64,000 nucleotides of DNA from Alphaproteobacteria bacterium. Lineage in GTDB: Bacteria > Pseudomonadota > Alphaproteobacteria > UBA7887. Shown here piece after piece: positions 40,017 through 49,780 of the stretch. The stretch covers positions 4,672,001 to 4,736,000 of the forward strand of contig CBDCGL010000011.1 in assembly GCA_965216755.1 (NCBI GenBank), in the 5' to 3' direction. The notes beneath the pieces are model-generated. The model was not told the origin of the DNA. It ran no database searches and worked only from the letters and a program-made list of their open reading frames with translations. Numbering within the stretch: the first letter of the stretch is position 1; each line of letters opens with the position of its first letter. Position numbers and translations under genes: made by a program.

Positions 40017-40310
40017 TTGCGATCGATCTGGGACAAAAGGGCACGCATTTGGGTTCCGGCGGATGATTTTTACGCACAGCGTAGGGCGCGCAGTGGTCCC
40101 CAGGTAATTACGGACGCGATTGACGGCTTTCAGAGCCAGGCGGACGGTAAGATTTACGACAGCAAGTCTGCCTACCGGCGTTCTTTGCGGGACGCCGGGT
40201 TTATCGAAGTTGGCAACGATCGGCCCGTGGCTTGCAAGCCGCGTTACAAGCCACGCGGCATCGGGGCCGATATCCGGTCGGCGCTCCGCGCGTATTTAAA
40301 AGGTGGCTAG
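40017..40310 (+). CDS. Phage hypothetical protein
   Basis: SQADGKIYDSKSAYRRSLRDAGFIEVGND resembles small ORFs of phage head modules. Confidence 0.65.
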   Translation: MRSIWDKRARIWVPADDFYAQRRARSGPQVITDAIDGFQSQADGKIYDSKSAYRRSLRDAGFIEVGNDRPVACKPRYKPRGIGADIRSALRAYLKGG

Positions 40311-40469
40311 GCTGAATGACCGGATCCGGCCCAAACCGAAACGAAAAGCGCGTGCGTCGCTAACCTGTCGCGTTTGTTCTAGATTCGTCCCCAGAATTCG
40401 CTATTTTATGGGCCCGCGCCGCTCGGTGCGATTTCGTAAGTATCGGAAAACAAAAGCGAATTTATATGT

Positions 40470-40546
40470 CGGGGCGTAGCGCAGCCTGGTAGCGCATCTG
40501 CTTTGGGAGCAGAGGGTCGGCGGTTCAAATCCGTCCGCCCCGACCA
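40470..40546 (+). tRNA. tRNA-Pro (TGG)
   Basis: CGGGGCG acceptor stem, TAGCGCAGCCTGGTAGCGC D arm, TCTGC-TTTGGGA-GCAGA anticodon arm, GGTTCAAATCC T arm, 3' CCA; 77 nt. Confidence 0.97.
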
Positions 40547-40842
40547 ATGAAAACAATAACTTAGACCTCTCGCTGGTCGTGCTTTCAAACCTCGGACGTG
40601 CAAGGGACCCGACCTTGGACCCCGATAAGTCGGGAAGCGCTGGAGCAACCCCGGTTCAATCTTGTTTGTGCCCCGCGTCTGCGGCCCGCCAACGTTGTCG
40701 CGATCAAATATCTCTTCACGGGATGTCAACGTTCCGGCCGCATTTTGTGGTGCGCGCGCGAACAGCCATGCGGAGCGTAGTTTTCGCAACATGATCACAA
40801 TTCGTTATCACATAGAGTTGGGTGCCTTCTCGTTGTTTCGAC

Positions 40843-42327
40843 ATGCCAATCAACAGTCGTAAGTATATTCTTACGGAGTTTCTAAAGGCGGAACTTGAAC
40901 GGTTTTGCGCTGCCATCTGGGTCCAACGTTTCGAGGACCTGAGCGTGGCTTGGGCCAATAGCGCCGGCCTGCGGATTTGGCAGGCCGAAAACCTTCAAGA
41001 GCTGCAAAACCGCGATTTCAAATCCGATATGTCGGCTGGCGTGGCGAAGCTTATGGGTCAGTTTCGCCACGACATGGAGCACGACGGCGCGACGTTTGAT
41101 GAATTCAAGACTTTCTATCCAAAGGGACGTCCGGTTTCCCTTCACGTTCAGGTTCGCGGCATTTGGCTCGAGGATGGCCAGTTTGCGATGCTGCACGAGA
41201 CCGTTGCACAACAGAAGCCGCGCCCTAGTGCGTTGCGCAGTGCAGAGGCCCTATTCAACACGCCGGTGATGATCTCGCTTTATGATTCCGAGGGCACGTT
41301 GTTACATCAGAACCCGGCGGCGCGCGACGTCCAGCCCGCCCACGGCAATATGTTGTCCGACCGGTTTGTTGATGCGGATGATCTTTTCAAGATTCTCCAA
41401 TCAAAGGCCCACCGGAGCAACATCAAAGTTACGACAGCGGCCGGTTTGCGATGGCACGACGTGGACGCACGCAAAGTGCGCGACGCTGTCAGCGGCGAAG
41501 TCGCCTTGCTGGTCAGCGAGATCGATATCACCGAATTGATTGAGGCGAAAGAAGCGGCCGAAGCCGCGAGTCAGGCGAAATCAGATTTCATGGCCATGCT
41601 GACTCATGAAATTCGCACGCCAATGAATCCGATCATCGGGATGTCCGACCTGCTTTTGCAAATGGAGCTTGATGAAACACAGCGCGAATTCGTCGGGACC
41701 ATCAACAGTTCGGCAAAAGCACTGATGCGCATCATCAACAATATGCTTGATTTCTCGAAGATAGAACGCGGCAGTTTGCGAACAGAAGCGGCACCATTTC
41801 GTTTTCGCAGCGCGGTCGAAACAGCTGTGAATATTCTGCAGTATGAAGCTGATGCCAAGGGCGTTGCCCTGAGCGCACAGATATCCCCGGACGTGCCCGA
41901 AACGCTATTGGGCGACCGTGGCGGGATCCTACAGATATTCCTCAATCTAATTGGAAATGCGGTCAAGTTCACTTCGGAAGGGTCTATTGACGTAAGAGTT
42001 GCTGTGCTCAGAATAACAAAAGAGGGCGTCGTCATTCACGCGACCGTCGCGGACACCGGCGTTGGCATTTCGGACGACGCGCAGAGCAAAGTCTTTGAAC
42101 GTTTTTATCAGGTCGATTCTTCGCGAACGCGAAGCTTTGCGGGAACCGGACAGGGCTTAGCGATATGCAAAGAGTTGGTGCAGCTGATGGGTGGGCGTAT
42201 TGGCGTTGATAGCGAGCCCAACGTTGGCAGTACATTTTGGTTTGAGGTGAAGCTGGGTGTTGATGGCGTACACGCCGAGGGAGATGGCTCCACCTTCCCG
42301 TCGACGCGTGCCGCCGACGTCGTATAG
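40843..42327 (+). CDS. Cytoplasmic PAS-domain sensor histidine kinase
   Basis: [10 protein letters not shown]-box, [25 protein letters not shown]; no TM helices evident. Confidence 0.9.
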   Translation: MPINSRKYILTEFLKAELERFCAAIWVQRFEDLSVAWANSAGLRIWQAENLQELQNRDFKSDMSAGVAKLMGQFRHDMEHDGATFDEFKTFYPKGRPVSLHVQVRGIWLEDGQFAMLHETVAQQKPRPSALRSAEALFNTPVMISLYDSEGTLLHQNPAARDVQPAHGNMLSDRFVDADDLFKILQSKAHRSNIKVTTAAGLRWHDVDARKVRDAVSGEVALLVSEIDITELIEAKEAAEAASQAKSDFMAMLTHEIRTPMNPIIGMSDLLLQMELDETQREFVGTINSSAKALMRIINNMLDFSKIERGSLRTEAAPFRFRSAVETAVNILQYEADAKGVALSAQISPDVPETLLGDRGGILQIFLNLIGNAVKFTSEGSIDVRVAVLRITKEGVVIHATVADTGVGISDDAQSKVFERFYQVDSSRTRSFAGTGQGLAICKELVQLMGGRIGVDSEPNVGSTFWFEVKLGVDGVHAEGDGSTFPSTRAADVV

Positions 42328-42398
42328 TTCGAATATTCGCTGCTCAGGCCAGCCCCGAATCGGCGTCGCGGCCGCAGCGCCGGTTAAGCTTCGGTCCG

Positions 42399-43637
42399 TT
42401 AGTATTTTGCGGACAGCCAAACCCAAAACTTATCAGTGTCAGTCAAGATGTCATCGGCATTGAAGTGCGCGTATTTGATACCGATCGTAAAATGGTCGAG
42501 AAACTTCTTGGACACCTGCAAATTCAGTTCGGTGCCGTAATGTGCGCTGGTCTCTTCCGCCGAGAAATCATGATAGACTGCGGTGAATTTCGTGCCGCTC
42601 CATAGGTTGCTGCCAGGAATCGCATAATCCGCACGCACATAGAGGTCGTCAATTCCGTTTGCCGGGGTCGTCAGGAACTTATCGGCCCAACCTTGATGCG
42701 CATGTAACGTTGCCAGTGGTGTTTGAAAAGCCGTATTGCCGTCGCCACCGAGACGTTCGAACCCGACTCTAGCACTGGCAGTGTGAAATGACGCGCCCCC
42801 CTCAACCAGGAAATATAGAAAACTATCACTATTGGGGTTATCGGCGTGATCAGATTGCCACGCCACATCTCCGGTATACAGAACTCCAAGTGAATCCGAG
42901 ATCATCTGCTTGCCTGTGAAGCGCCCTCCGAACGTCTTGGATGACAATGCCGGGGCCTCGTCAAAATCGAGAACGTAGCCGTAGCCGACTAGTTTTCCGA
43001 ACGGTAGACCGGTATACGCCGCGTTGACGATGTGACTGTTCGATTCGAAGTCGCCGACACGCGAATCGTCACCAAAAATGCGATTAATGAGCCAAAGATA
43101 ACCGTAGGTGACCTGAAGGTTCGAGAGAGACGTATTGTCTATGCGGATTGCGTCAAAGGTCTGTTCGTTCTGGCGCCACCCGACATTCCCAACGTAACGC
43201 ACATTGTCTAAGAGTATGCGTTGGCGGCCGACTTTGATGGTTGTGTCCTGGATGCTGCTGTTCGAAATCCAATAGCGATTCGCCTCGACGTTGTTTGGAT
43301 CGGCAACAACCGGAAAACCGGCAACACCGTTGACGGTGTCGTTGAATCTGCGGCGCCCGAGTTTGGTCAAGATCTCAGCCTCGGCGAGCGCCCTAAATCC
43401 GCGATAGGTCCCAGTTTCGATGCCAAGGCGCGCCCGCAATGTATGCGCGTTCGCGTCTTCCCCAATGCCGTCTTGGTCGACAAACTCGTACCTGTATCTT
43501 GCATCGACGATGGGTTTGCTTTTCGCGATAGCCATCGCGAAATCATCGTCAGCAATGGCAGCTGATGCCGCGTAGCCGAATGCGATCAAGATCGTTGAGG
43601 CACACAAACCGCAGCGCATCAGCAGGTTCTTCGACAT
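42399..43637 (-). CDS. Alginate-export-family outer-membrane porin
   Basis: Signal peptide; RYRYEFVDQ, KVGRQRI.LD..RYVGNVGWRQNEQTFD, FQTPLATLH...GWADKF; C-terminal aromatic residue. Confidence 0.82.
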   Translation of the reverse strand: MSKNLLMRCGLCASTILIAFGYAASAAIADDDFAMAIAKSKPIVDARYRYEFVDQDGIGEDANAHTLRARLGIETGTYRGFRALAEAEILTKLGRRRFNDTVNGVAGFPVVADPNNVEANRYWISNSSIQDTTIKVGRQRILLDNVRYVGNVGWRQNEQTFDAIRIDNTSLSNLQVTYGYLWLINRIFGDDSRVGDFESNSHIVNAAYTGLPFGKLVGYGYVLDFDEAPALSSKTFGGRFTGKQMISDSLGVLYTGDVAWQSDHADNPNSDSFLYFLVEGGASFHTASARVGFERLGGDGNTAFQTPLATLHAHQGWADKFLTTPANGIDDLYVRADYAIPGSNLWSGTKFTAVYHDFSAEETSAHYGTELNLQVSKKFLDHFTIGIKYAHFNADDILTDTDKFWVWLSAKY

Positions 43638-43755
43638 AACACGACCCAGATTTTGAGGATACAATAACGTCAACGCAACATGCATTTTCCGCACGAAGCG
43701 CTAGGAAAACAAACATCATCTCGCTTATCAATGGCAAGAAATGCCGCGAACCGCA

Positions 43756-43769
43756 TTGACGCAGGTCAA
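43756..43769. promoter_or_regulatory. FNR/DNR box upstream of the porin
   Basis: TTGAC-GCAG-GTCAA, perfectly inverted half-sites. Confidence 0.75.
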
Positions 43770-43828
43770 TCGCGCCGCCACATTGAGTCGCGGCGCGGCA
43801 CATCGGCGAAGAGAGACACGAGGGGTGC

Positions 43829-44629
43829 TCAATTTGATTGTGCGTGCGCCCATTCCCGCAAGGCGCGTTTGTCGGCGATTTGAACTTCGCTGCCCCGGCT
43901 AACCACACCCACCGCGCGTAATTTTGACAGTGCACGCGACAGTGTTTCCGGCTGCATGCCCAATCTGCCGGCGATCAACGTCTTGTCAAGCGGCAGATGC
44001 ACGGTGATCGCGCCTTCGCCGGCTGGGCTGAGCCGCAGTAGAAAGCTGGCCAAGCGAACACTCGCGGAACTCGCCGATATTTGCTCGATCTGGTGAACGA
44101 GGTAGCGTAGCCGCCGCGACAGGGCCGCAAGTATGCTGAAACAGACATCCGGATTCTCGCGCAATACGCGCAAAAACCTGAGTGCCGGGATCACTAGTAG
44201 GCGGGCGTCGGTCACGATCGTTGCGCTGACCGGATATGTGCCGCTGTCGAAAATCGCTGCTTCAGCGAAGGATTCGCCTGGCGCAATGACATTGACAACG
44301 CTCTCGTGACCGCCCGGCGTGCTTCGATACAGTTTCACCCAACCTTCCAAGATGACAAAAAAGCGATCCGCCGCTTCGGATTGGACGAATAGGCTCGTTC
44401 CCGGCGTGTAGGCGGCCGTGTGTGCATCGACCAAGAGCTCACTGATCACCGATTCGTCCACGCCGTGGAACAAGACGATATGCTTGACCCTGTCAAATTC
44501 CTTTGCGTCCAGACCTTTAGGTCCAATGTTTTCGACCACGACTTTGTCCAGTTCTGCGGGCACTTTGGTACCGAAACATATTACACGCCACGGCCAAGCC
44601 GGAAAATATTCGGCCTGACCATCACGCAT
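43829..44629 (-). CDS. Crp/Fnr family regulator, DNR/NnrR-like (true start probably near GTG 44539)
   Basis: GWVKLYR, GESFAEAA, YPVSA, HTH LGMQPETLSR; no FNR-type Cys cluster. Confidence 0.88.
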   Translation of the reverse strand: MRDGQAEYFPAWPWRVICFGTKVPAELDKVVVENIGPKGLDAKEFDRVKHIVLFHGVDESVISELLVDAHTAAYTPGTSLFVQSEAADRFFVILEGWVKLYRSTPGGHESVVNVIAPGESFAEAAIFDSGTYPVSATIVTDARLLVIPALRFLRVLRENPDVCFSILAALSRRLRYLVHQIEQISASSASVRLASFLLRLSPAGEGAITVHLPLDKTLIAGRLGMQPETLSRALSKLRAVGVVSRGSEVQIADKRALREWAHAQSN

Positions 44630-44938
44630 AGGCGTTTGTTCCGTTCTGGACAGGGTCAGGAAACTGACGACAAGCTTGGATGAAAAAGAAGGTGGAAGGG
44701 GGACTCAGACGTGCTCCGATGGCCGTTGAGAACCGCACCTACGCTGCCAAATCCCGCCGAAAGTTGATATGGCTCACGCCTTGCCTAGGCGATTTATTTG
44801 GGACCACGGTTGAAGCTGATCTCTGCTTTCAGAGCGGTCTTTGTTCAAGCGATTTTGTTTAGCTCGCGGTTGATCTAAGATCGATGCCACGGCAGCCGCG
44901 CATGTATGTCAAGGTCGGGCGCCGCGCCGCGTGTTTGA

Positions 44939-45139
44939 ATGAGGTTTGAGGTGCAGGCGGTTTATTTCACACTCGTCGGCATTGCGCTTTACGTCTTCTC
45001 CGATTGGGTCTTGCGGCGAATCGAGGCCCGCGTAGGACATGTCCTCGAACATCGGAGCATCGTTTTTTTTGGCATCTTGTTGACATCTGCATTGATAACT
45101 TTTGCCGCCATCCGGGTCATGACGGCGCCCGCCGCATAA
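44939..45139 (+). CDS. Small two-TM membrane protein
   Basis: Two hydrophobic helices flanking SDWVLRRIE...RS; co-oriented with the eNOR operon. Confidence 0.65.
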   Translation: MRFEVQAVYFTLVGIALYVFSDWVLRRIEARVGHVLEHRSIVFFGILLTSALITFAAIRVMTAPAA

Positions 45140-45296
45140 GGGATTGCCGGGTCGGGGCCGGTGACCCCGAAAAAGTCGAATCAACCTTTCGGCCGCTGTA
45201 TTTCAGGCGTCGGCTTTTTTCTTCCATCGCAAACGCGCAAAACCGCGGTTAATTGGCCCTGTTTGCGTATGCCTTATGGCGGGTGCGCGGTCTCGA

Positions 45297-45310
45297 TTGA
45301 CCAAAGTCAA
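45297..45310. promoter_or_regulatory. FNR/DNR box upstream of the eNOR operon
   Basis: TTGAC-CAAA-GTCAA, perfectly inverted half-sites, about 110 bp before ATG 45420. Confidence 0.8.
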
Positions 45311-45419
45311 GGATCGGCCGACCGGATCTTCGTTCTCATAGGTCGTTGGTCGATCAAAGATTCACGCGCCCCTTGCCGGCGTCGCCTGGCGGTGGCGCAA
45401 CAACGAAGGGGGAATCGAG

Positions 45420-45596
45420 ATGGCCGAAGGGTCTAAACCGGAAAATGCTGATGCTGGCGATGATGGGCAAATTCCGGTCATGCAGCGGGTCCTCGACAAT
45501 CCGTTCTTGTTGCTTTTTATGGGCGTCGCGACTCCAGCGGTGCTGTACCTGATGTGGGGCATCATGGAAGTCGCCAACATTCCGATCGCGAAGTAA
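45420..45596 (+). CDS. 58-aa single-TM protein, probable small subunit of the heme-copper enzyme (not in ORF track)
   Basis: Manual translation MAEGSKPENADAGDDGQIPVMQRVLDNPFLLLFMGVATPAVLYLMWGIMEVANIPIAK; GGGGGA RBS. Confidence 0.75.
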   Translation: MAEGSKPENADAGDDGQIPVMQRVLDNPFLLLFMGVATPAVLYLMWGIMEVANIPIAK

Positions 45597-45635
45597 TTGT
45601 CGGCAGTTTAGGGCGGTTGAAGGGGAGAGGCGCGC

Positions 45636-46175
45636 ATGGCTGTTCATCCTCCTGAAGATAAGCTCTGGTGGAAAGAGCCTCTTCACGGCGTCGAGAGAAC
45701 GTGGATCACGGTCGCGTTTCTGTGGGGCGTCGTGATGTTTGGCACGATGATCTATTGGCACATTAGCGGCGAGCAGAATCTCTCGAGCGAGGCGTATCGA
45801 ATCGACCCGCTTGTGTTCGCCGAAAAAGCCGAAGCCATGGCGGATGCGTACACTGTCCGCGAAGAGGGCGATACCGGCGTGCCGGTCGTGCACCCGCCAC
45901 CAGGCGACGACATCTATTTGATCGCGCGGCTGTGGGAGTGGTGGCCAGTGCTAGAGCTTGAAAAAGACCAAAGCTATCGGTTGCATTTGTCGTCGATGGA
46001 CTGGCAGCACGGGTTCTCACTGCAGCCGACGAACGTGAATATACAGGTACATCCCAACTACGACCTGGTCATGACCATTACGCCGAGCGAATCAGGCGAA
46101 TTTGGGATCGTCTGCAACGAGTTCTGTGGAATCGGGCATCACCAGATGGCCGGTAAGATCTATGTGGTTGAGTGA
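45636..46175 (+). CDS. Heme-copper oxidoreductase subunit II with CuA site
   Basis: Single TM; DWQHGF and CNEFCGIGHHQM CuA ligands. Confidence 0.92.
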   Translation: MAVHPPEDKLWWKEPLHGVERTWITVAFLWGVVMFGTMIYWHISGEQNLSSEAYRIDPLVFAEKAEAMADAYTVREEGDTGVPVVHPPPGDDIYLIARLWEWWPVLELEKDQSYRLHLSSMDWQHGFSLQPTNVNIQVHPNYDLVMTITPSESGEFGIVCNEFCGIGHHQMAGKIYVVE

Positions 46176-46225
46176 CGACGTTCTCGAATGACGACGACAC
46201 ACTAGGGTGACTGGGGGAGGTGGCG

Positions 46226-47923
46226 ATGGCCAACACCGCGCAATTTCGGACCTGCCCGGAGACGGGTCTGAAAGTTCATTTGAGTGCAGAGTCGCTGATT
46301 AAGGCCAATGCGGTTGTTGCCGTCATTTTTCTTGCTCTCGGCGGCCTGTTTGGGATTTTGGTTGCGCTCACAAGGTGGCCGGCCGTGCATCTATTGCCGG
46401 CTGATCTGTTCTACCTGGCGTTGACCGCACATGGCGCCGATGTCCTGCTGTTTTGGATCATCTTTTTCGAAATCGCCTTGCTGTATTTCGCCTCTGCCAT
46501 TCTGCTCAATTGCCGGTTAGCGACACCTTCGATTGCATGGCTGGCGTTTGTTCTGATGGTGGTGGGCGCGGCCCTGGCCAATATCGCCGTTTTGCAGGGC
46601 GATTCGAGCGTCATGTTCACGTCTTATGTACCGATGCAAGCCGCGCCCCATTTCTATTTGGGGCTCATTTTATTCGCAGTCGGCGCGTTGCTCGGTGTCT
46701 TCGTGTTTTTCGGAACCTTGGTCATAGCCCGCGCGGAACGCACTTACGAAGGTTCGGTGCCCCTGGTCACGTTTGGAGCATTGACCGCGGCAATCATTGC
46801 GGTGTTCACGATCGTTTCCGGTGCAATCATTTTGATTCCAACTTTCCTTTGGTCGATCGGGTTGATTTCAGACATCGACACTGTGATGTACAAGGTTGTG
46901 TGGTGGGGCATGGGGCACTCCTCGCAACAAATCAACGTGGCCGCCCATGTCGCCGTATGGTACGCGATCGCGGCGCTGGTCCTGGGCGCCAAACCGCTGT
47001 CGGAGAAGGTCAGTCGGTTTGCCTTCTTGATGTACATTCTGTTCTTGCAATTGGCATCGGCCCATCATCTGCTGGCAGAGCCGGGTTTGAGCGCCGAATA
47101 CAAGGTGTTTAACACCAGCTACGCGATCTATTTGGCGGTGCTCGGCAGCATGATTCATGGCTTGAGCGTGCCGGGCGCGATCGAGGCGGCCCAGCGCCGA
47201 CGCGGGTTCACCAACGGGATATTCGAATGGTTGCGCCGTGCGCCTTGGGGCAACCCGGCATTCGCCGGCTTAGCGATTTCAGTCGTGCTCTTTGGTTTTC
47301 TGGGCGGTATTTCCGGCGTCGTGATGGGCACCGAGCAGATCAATCTGTTGATGCACAACACCCTGTACGTGCCGGGTCATTTCCACGCGACGGTCGTCGC
47401 CGGGACGACATTGGCGTTTATGGCTGTGACGTATCTTCTGATCCCATTGATTTTTAGACGCGACGTCATGTTCCCGGGACTGGCGAAGTGGCAGCCCTAT
47501 TTGTTCGGTATTGGGGTCGGCGGGATCTCACTGTTCATGATGGGCGCCGGTACTTTGGGCGTGCCGCGGCGACATTGGGACATCACCTATACGGATGCGG
47601 CGATTAGTTTTGATCACCCGCCGGCGGCGTTTTTGATGATGGGGCTCAATGGCTTGTTCGCCCTATTGGCGACGATCGGCGGCATCGCGTTTATCGTTGT
47701 GGTTGTCTCGTCCGTCTTTTTTGGTCAGCGTCGGGGCGAGGATGAAATCAAGAGCCGGCCGGCGGTACCGCCGGCGGCAACGGAAGCGGTGGCGGGATAT
47801 GGCGATGCCGGCACACTAAAAGTGCCGGGGACAGTGACACTGGTGGCCGTGTTCTTCGTTGCCTTCGTTCTCTACTATTACGTGAACTGGAAGTACTTGT
47901 CCGAAGTGTGGCCATTGAGTTAG
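46226..47923 (+). CDS. Heme-copper oxidoreductase subunit I, eNOR-type nitric oxide reductase
   Basis: All six His ligands (LTAHG, GHSSQQ, SAHHL, PGHFH); Gln at the cross-linking Tyr position; beside the nir cluster. Confidence 0.82.
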   Translation: MANTAQFRTCPETGLKVHLSAESLIKANAVVAVIFLALGGLFGILVALTRWPAVHLLPADLFYLALTAHGADVLLFWIIFFEIALLYFASAILLNCRLATPSIAWLAFVLMVVGAALANIAVLQGDSSVMFTSYVPMQAAPHFYLGLILFAVGALLGVFVFFGTLVIARAERTYEGSVPLVTFGALTAAIIAVFTIVSGAIILIPTFLWSIGLISDIDTVMYKVVWWGMGHSSQQINVAAHVAVWYAIAALVLGAKPLSEKVSRFAFLMYILFLQLASAHHLLAEPGLSAEYKVFNTSYAIYLAVLGSMIHGLSVPGAIEAAQRRRGFTNGIFEWLRRAPWGNPAFAGLAISVVLFGFLGGISGVVMGTEQINLLMHNTLYVPGHFHATVVAGTTLAFMAVTYLLIPLIFRRDVMFPGLAKWQPYLFGIGVGGISLFMMGAGTLGVPRRHWDITYTDAAISFDHPPAAFLMMGLNGLFALLATIGGIAFIVVVVSSVFFGQRRGEDEIKSRPAVPPAATEAVAGYGDAGTLKVPGTVTLVAVFFVAFVLYYYVNWKYLSEVWPLS

Positions 47924-47930
47924 CCGTGCG

Positions 47931-47951
47931 CGCGACGGTGCCGCCGTCGCG
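47931..47951 (+). other. Intergenic stem-loop after subunit I
   Basis: CGCGACGG-tgccg-CCGTCGCG with no U-tract; possible mRNA stabiliser. Confidence 0.35.
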
Positions 47952-48002
47952 ACTTCGCCAGCGGGTGGCCTCAAGAGCGCAAACAAGATCCGGGTGTTGA
48001 CG

Positions 48003-48869
48003 ATGCGCATTCACATCGCGCGGTTATACGGGGTCCTGAAGCTGCGCATTGGCTTTGCGATCATGCTGTGCACTTTGGCGGGAATCGCGGCAGCATCGGG
48101 GCAGGCACCAAGCGCGTGGGCCGTGACGTTGTTGGCCCTTGCCGTGTTGATGTCTTCGGCGAGTGCCGGTGCATTCAATCAGCTCGTCGAGGCCGATTTG
48201 GATGCGCGCATGGCACGGACCCAACATCGCCCATTTGTTACTGGCGATTTCAAAGCGGGACCAGTATGGCACGGTGCTGTCGCGGTTATGCTGGTAGTTG
48301 CCGTCGCGACAGCGGCCTTGGCGACAAACGGTTGGGCCGCCGGGTATGTTTTTCTGGGCGCGTTCGTGTATGGCGTTGTGTACACGGTCTGGCTGAAACG
48401 GCGGAGCGTTTGGAATATCGTCGTTGGCGGGCTCGCGGGCAGTTTTGCCGTGCTGGCTGGCGCTGCGGCTGTCGATCCAAATTTGGGTGTGGCACCGGTG
48501 GTGCTGGCCATTGTGCTGTTTCTGTGGACGCCGCCGCATTTTTGGTCGTTGGCATCGTATCTCCGCGACGATTACGCGGCCGCCGGCGTACCCATGTTGC
48601 CCGTTGTTGCCGGGATGCCGGTAACGGCGTGGGTGACTCTGGGTCACACCTTGGCTTTGGTGGGATTGTCAATCATTCCGTTTTGGTACGGCATGGGATG
48701 GCTCTACCTTGCCGGCGCCATATCAGGCGGCTGCTTGTTTCTGTATACCAGTATTCGTTTTGTTCGAGATCCAGTGGCGTCCGCTGCAATGGTCAATTTC
48801 CGCGCCTCATTGGTTCAACTAAGTCTGCTGCTGGTTGGCACTTTGGCAGATCGCTTGGTCCTCGGATGA
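48003..48869 (+). CDS. ctaB: Protoheme IX farnesyltransferase (heme O synthase)
   Basis: DLDARMARTQHRP, YTVWLKRR, LWTPPHFWSL, DYAAAGVPMLP. Confidence 0.93.
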   Translation: MRIHIARLYGVLKLRIGFAIMLCTLAGIAAASGQAPSAWAVTLLALAVLMSSASAGAFNQLVEADLDARMARTQHRPFVTGDFKAGPVWHGAVAVMLVVAVATAALATNGWAAGYVFLGAFVYGVVYTVWLKRRSVWNIVVGGLAGSFAVLAGAAAVDPNLGVAPVVLAIVLFLWTPPHFWSLASYLRDDYAAAGVPMLPVVAGMPVTAWVTLGHTLALVGLSIIPFWYGMGWLYLAGAISGGCLFLYTSIRFVRDPVASAAMVNFRASLVQLSLLLVGTLADRLVLG

Positions 48870-48870
48870 T

Positions 48871-49722
48871 GTGGTCGGCACGGCAACTGGGGCCCAGGTG
48901 CTTAGGCTAGTATTCGCGATCACCTTACTCGGTGTGACCGGTAGCGGCGCCTGGGCGAAGGCGGGGACGCCGGTCGCCAGCCAAGATGTGGTGCTCGATC
49001 CCGAAGCTGCGCTGGCGTCGAGTCAGGCCGCTATCGGGCGGCTGGTATCCGACTTCGAGTTTCTGGATGCGGACAGCAAACCGATCAGTCTGGGGGATTT
49101 TCGCGGCCGGCCATTGGTTATCAATCTTGTCTACACGGGGTGTGCGCACACTTGCCCATTGATTGTGCAAAGCCTCTATCACGCGATTGATGTGGGCCAA
49201 GAAGCACTGGGCGCGGATGGTTTCGAAACCGTGACGATCGGTTTTGATACCAACGCCGATACGCCATCGCGAATGAAGGAATTCGCGCGTAGTCAAGGGG
49301 TTGATCTTCCTGGGTGGCATTTCCTGAGCGGTGACCGTCAAACGATCGATTCTCTGACAGCGCAACTCGGGTTTGCATTCATGCCGCTGAGCGGCGGATT
49401 TGATCATCTTGCGCAGACAACCATTCTGGATGAGAACGGTCGCGTCTATCGACATGTCTATGGTTCAGATTTCGGCGCACCGCACGTTGTCGAACCCCTT
49501 AAGGAACTGATCTTTGGACGGCGGGCCGATTTGGTATCGTTCACGGGACTGGTCAATCAAATCAAGCTTTTCTGCACGATATACAGTCCCGGCAGCGAAC
49601 GTTATCGTTTCGACTATTCGGTTTTTGTCGGTGCGTTGATTGGCTTTTTGTGTCTCGCCGGGATCGCCATTGTGTTGGTCCGCAGTTGGCTGCGAGACTG
49701 GCGCGCGAGGTCTCAAGCGTGA
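48871..49722 (+). CDS. SCO1/SenC copper chaperone with C-terminal TM extension (start uncertain)
   Basis: YTGCAHTCP (CxxxC), FDH. Confidence 0.88.
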   Translation: MVGTATGAQVLRLVFAITLLGVTGSGAWAKAGTPVASQDVVLDPEAALASSQAAIGRLVSDFEFLDADSKPISLGDFRGRPLVINLVYTGCAHTCPLIVQSLYHAIDVGQEALGADGFETVTIGFDTNADTPSRMKEFARSQGVDLPGWHFLSGDRQTIDSLTAQLGFAFMPLSGGFDHLAQTTILDENGRVYRHVYGSDFGAPHVVEPLKELIFGRRADLVSFTGLVNQIKLFCTIYSPGSERYRFDYSVFVGALIGFLCLAGIAIVLVRSWLRDWRARSQA

Positions 49723-49780
49723 TGCGCGGGCACCCCAACCCTTGCCGTTGGTTTGCCACAACGGGGGCCATCACTGACGC

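Larger units (their letters stand above)
36484..40310 (+). mobile_element. Prophage remnant adjacent to tRNA-Pro
   Basis: Three co-oriented phage-like genes; no integrase, capsid or terminase; ends about 160 bp before the tRNA. Confidence 0.55.

Noticed and set aside
36484-40546. Complete prophage
   Set aside because: No integrase, terminase, portal, capsid or lysis genes and no att duplication seen
44870-44884. Additional FNR box TTGAT-CTAAG-ATCGA
   Set aside because: Spacer is 5 bp rather than 4 and the right half-site is imperfect
46226-47923. ba3/cbb3-type oxygen reductase
   Set aside because: Active-site Tyr of helix VI is absent; CuA subunit II excludes cbb3; context points to NO reduction
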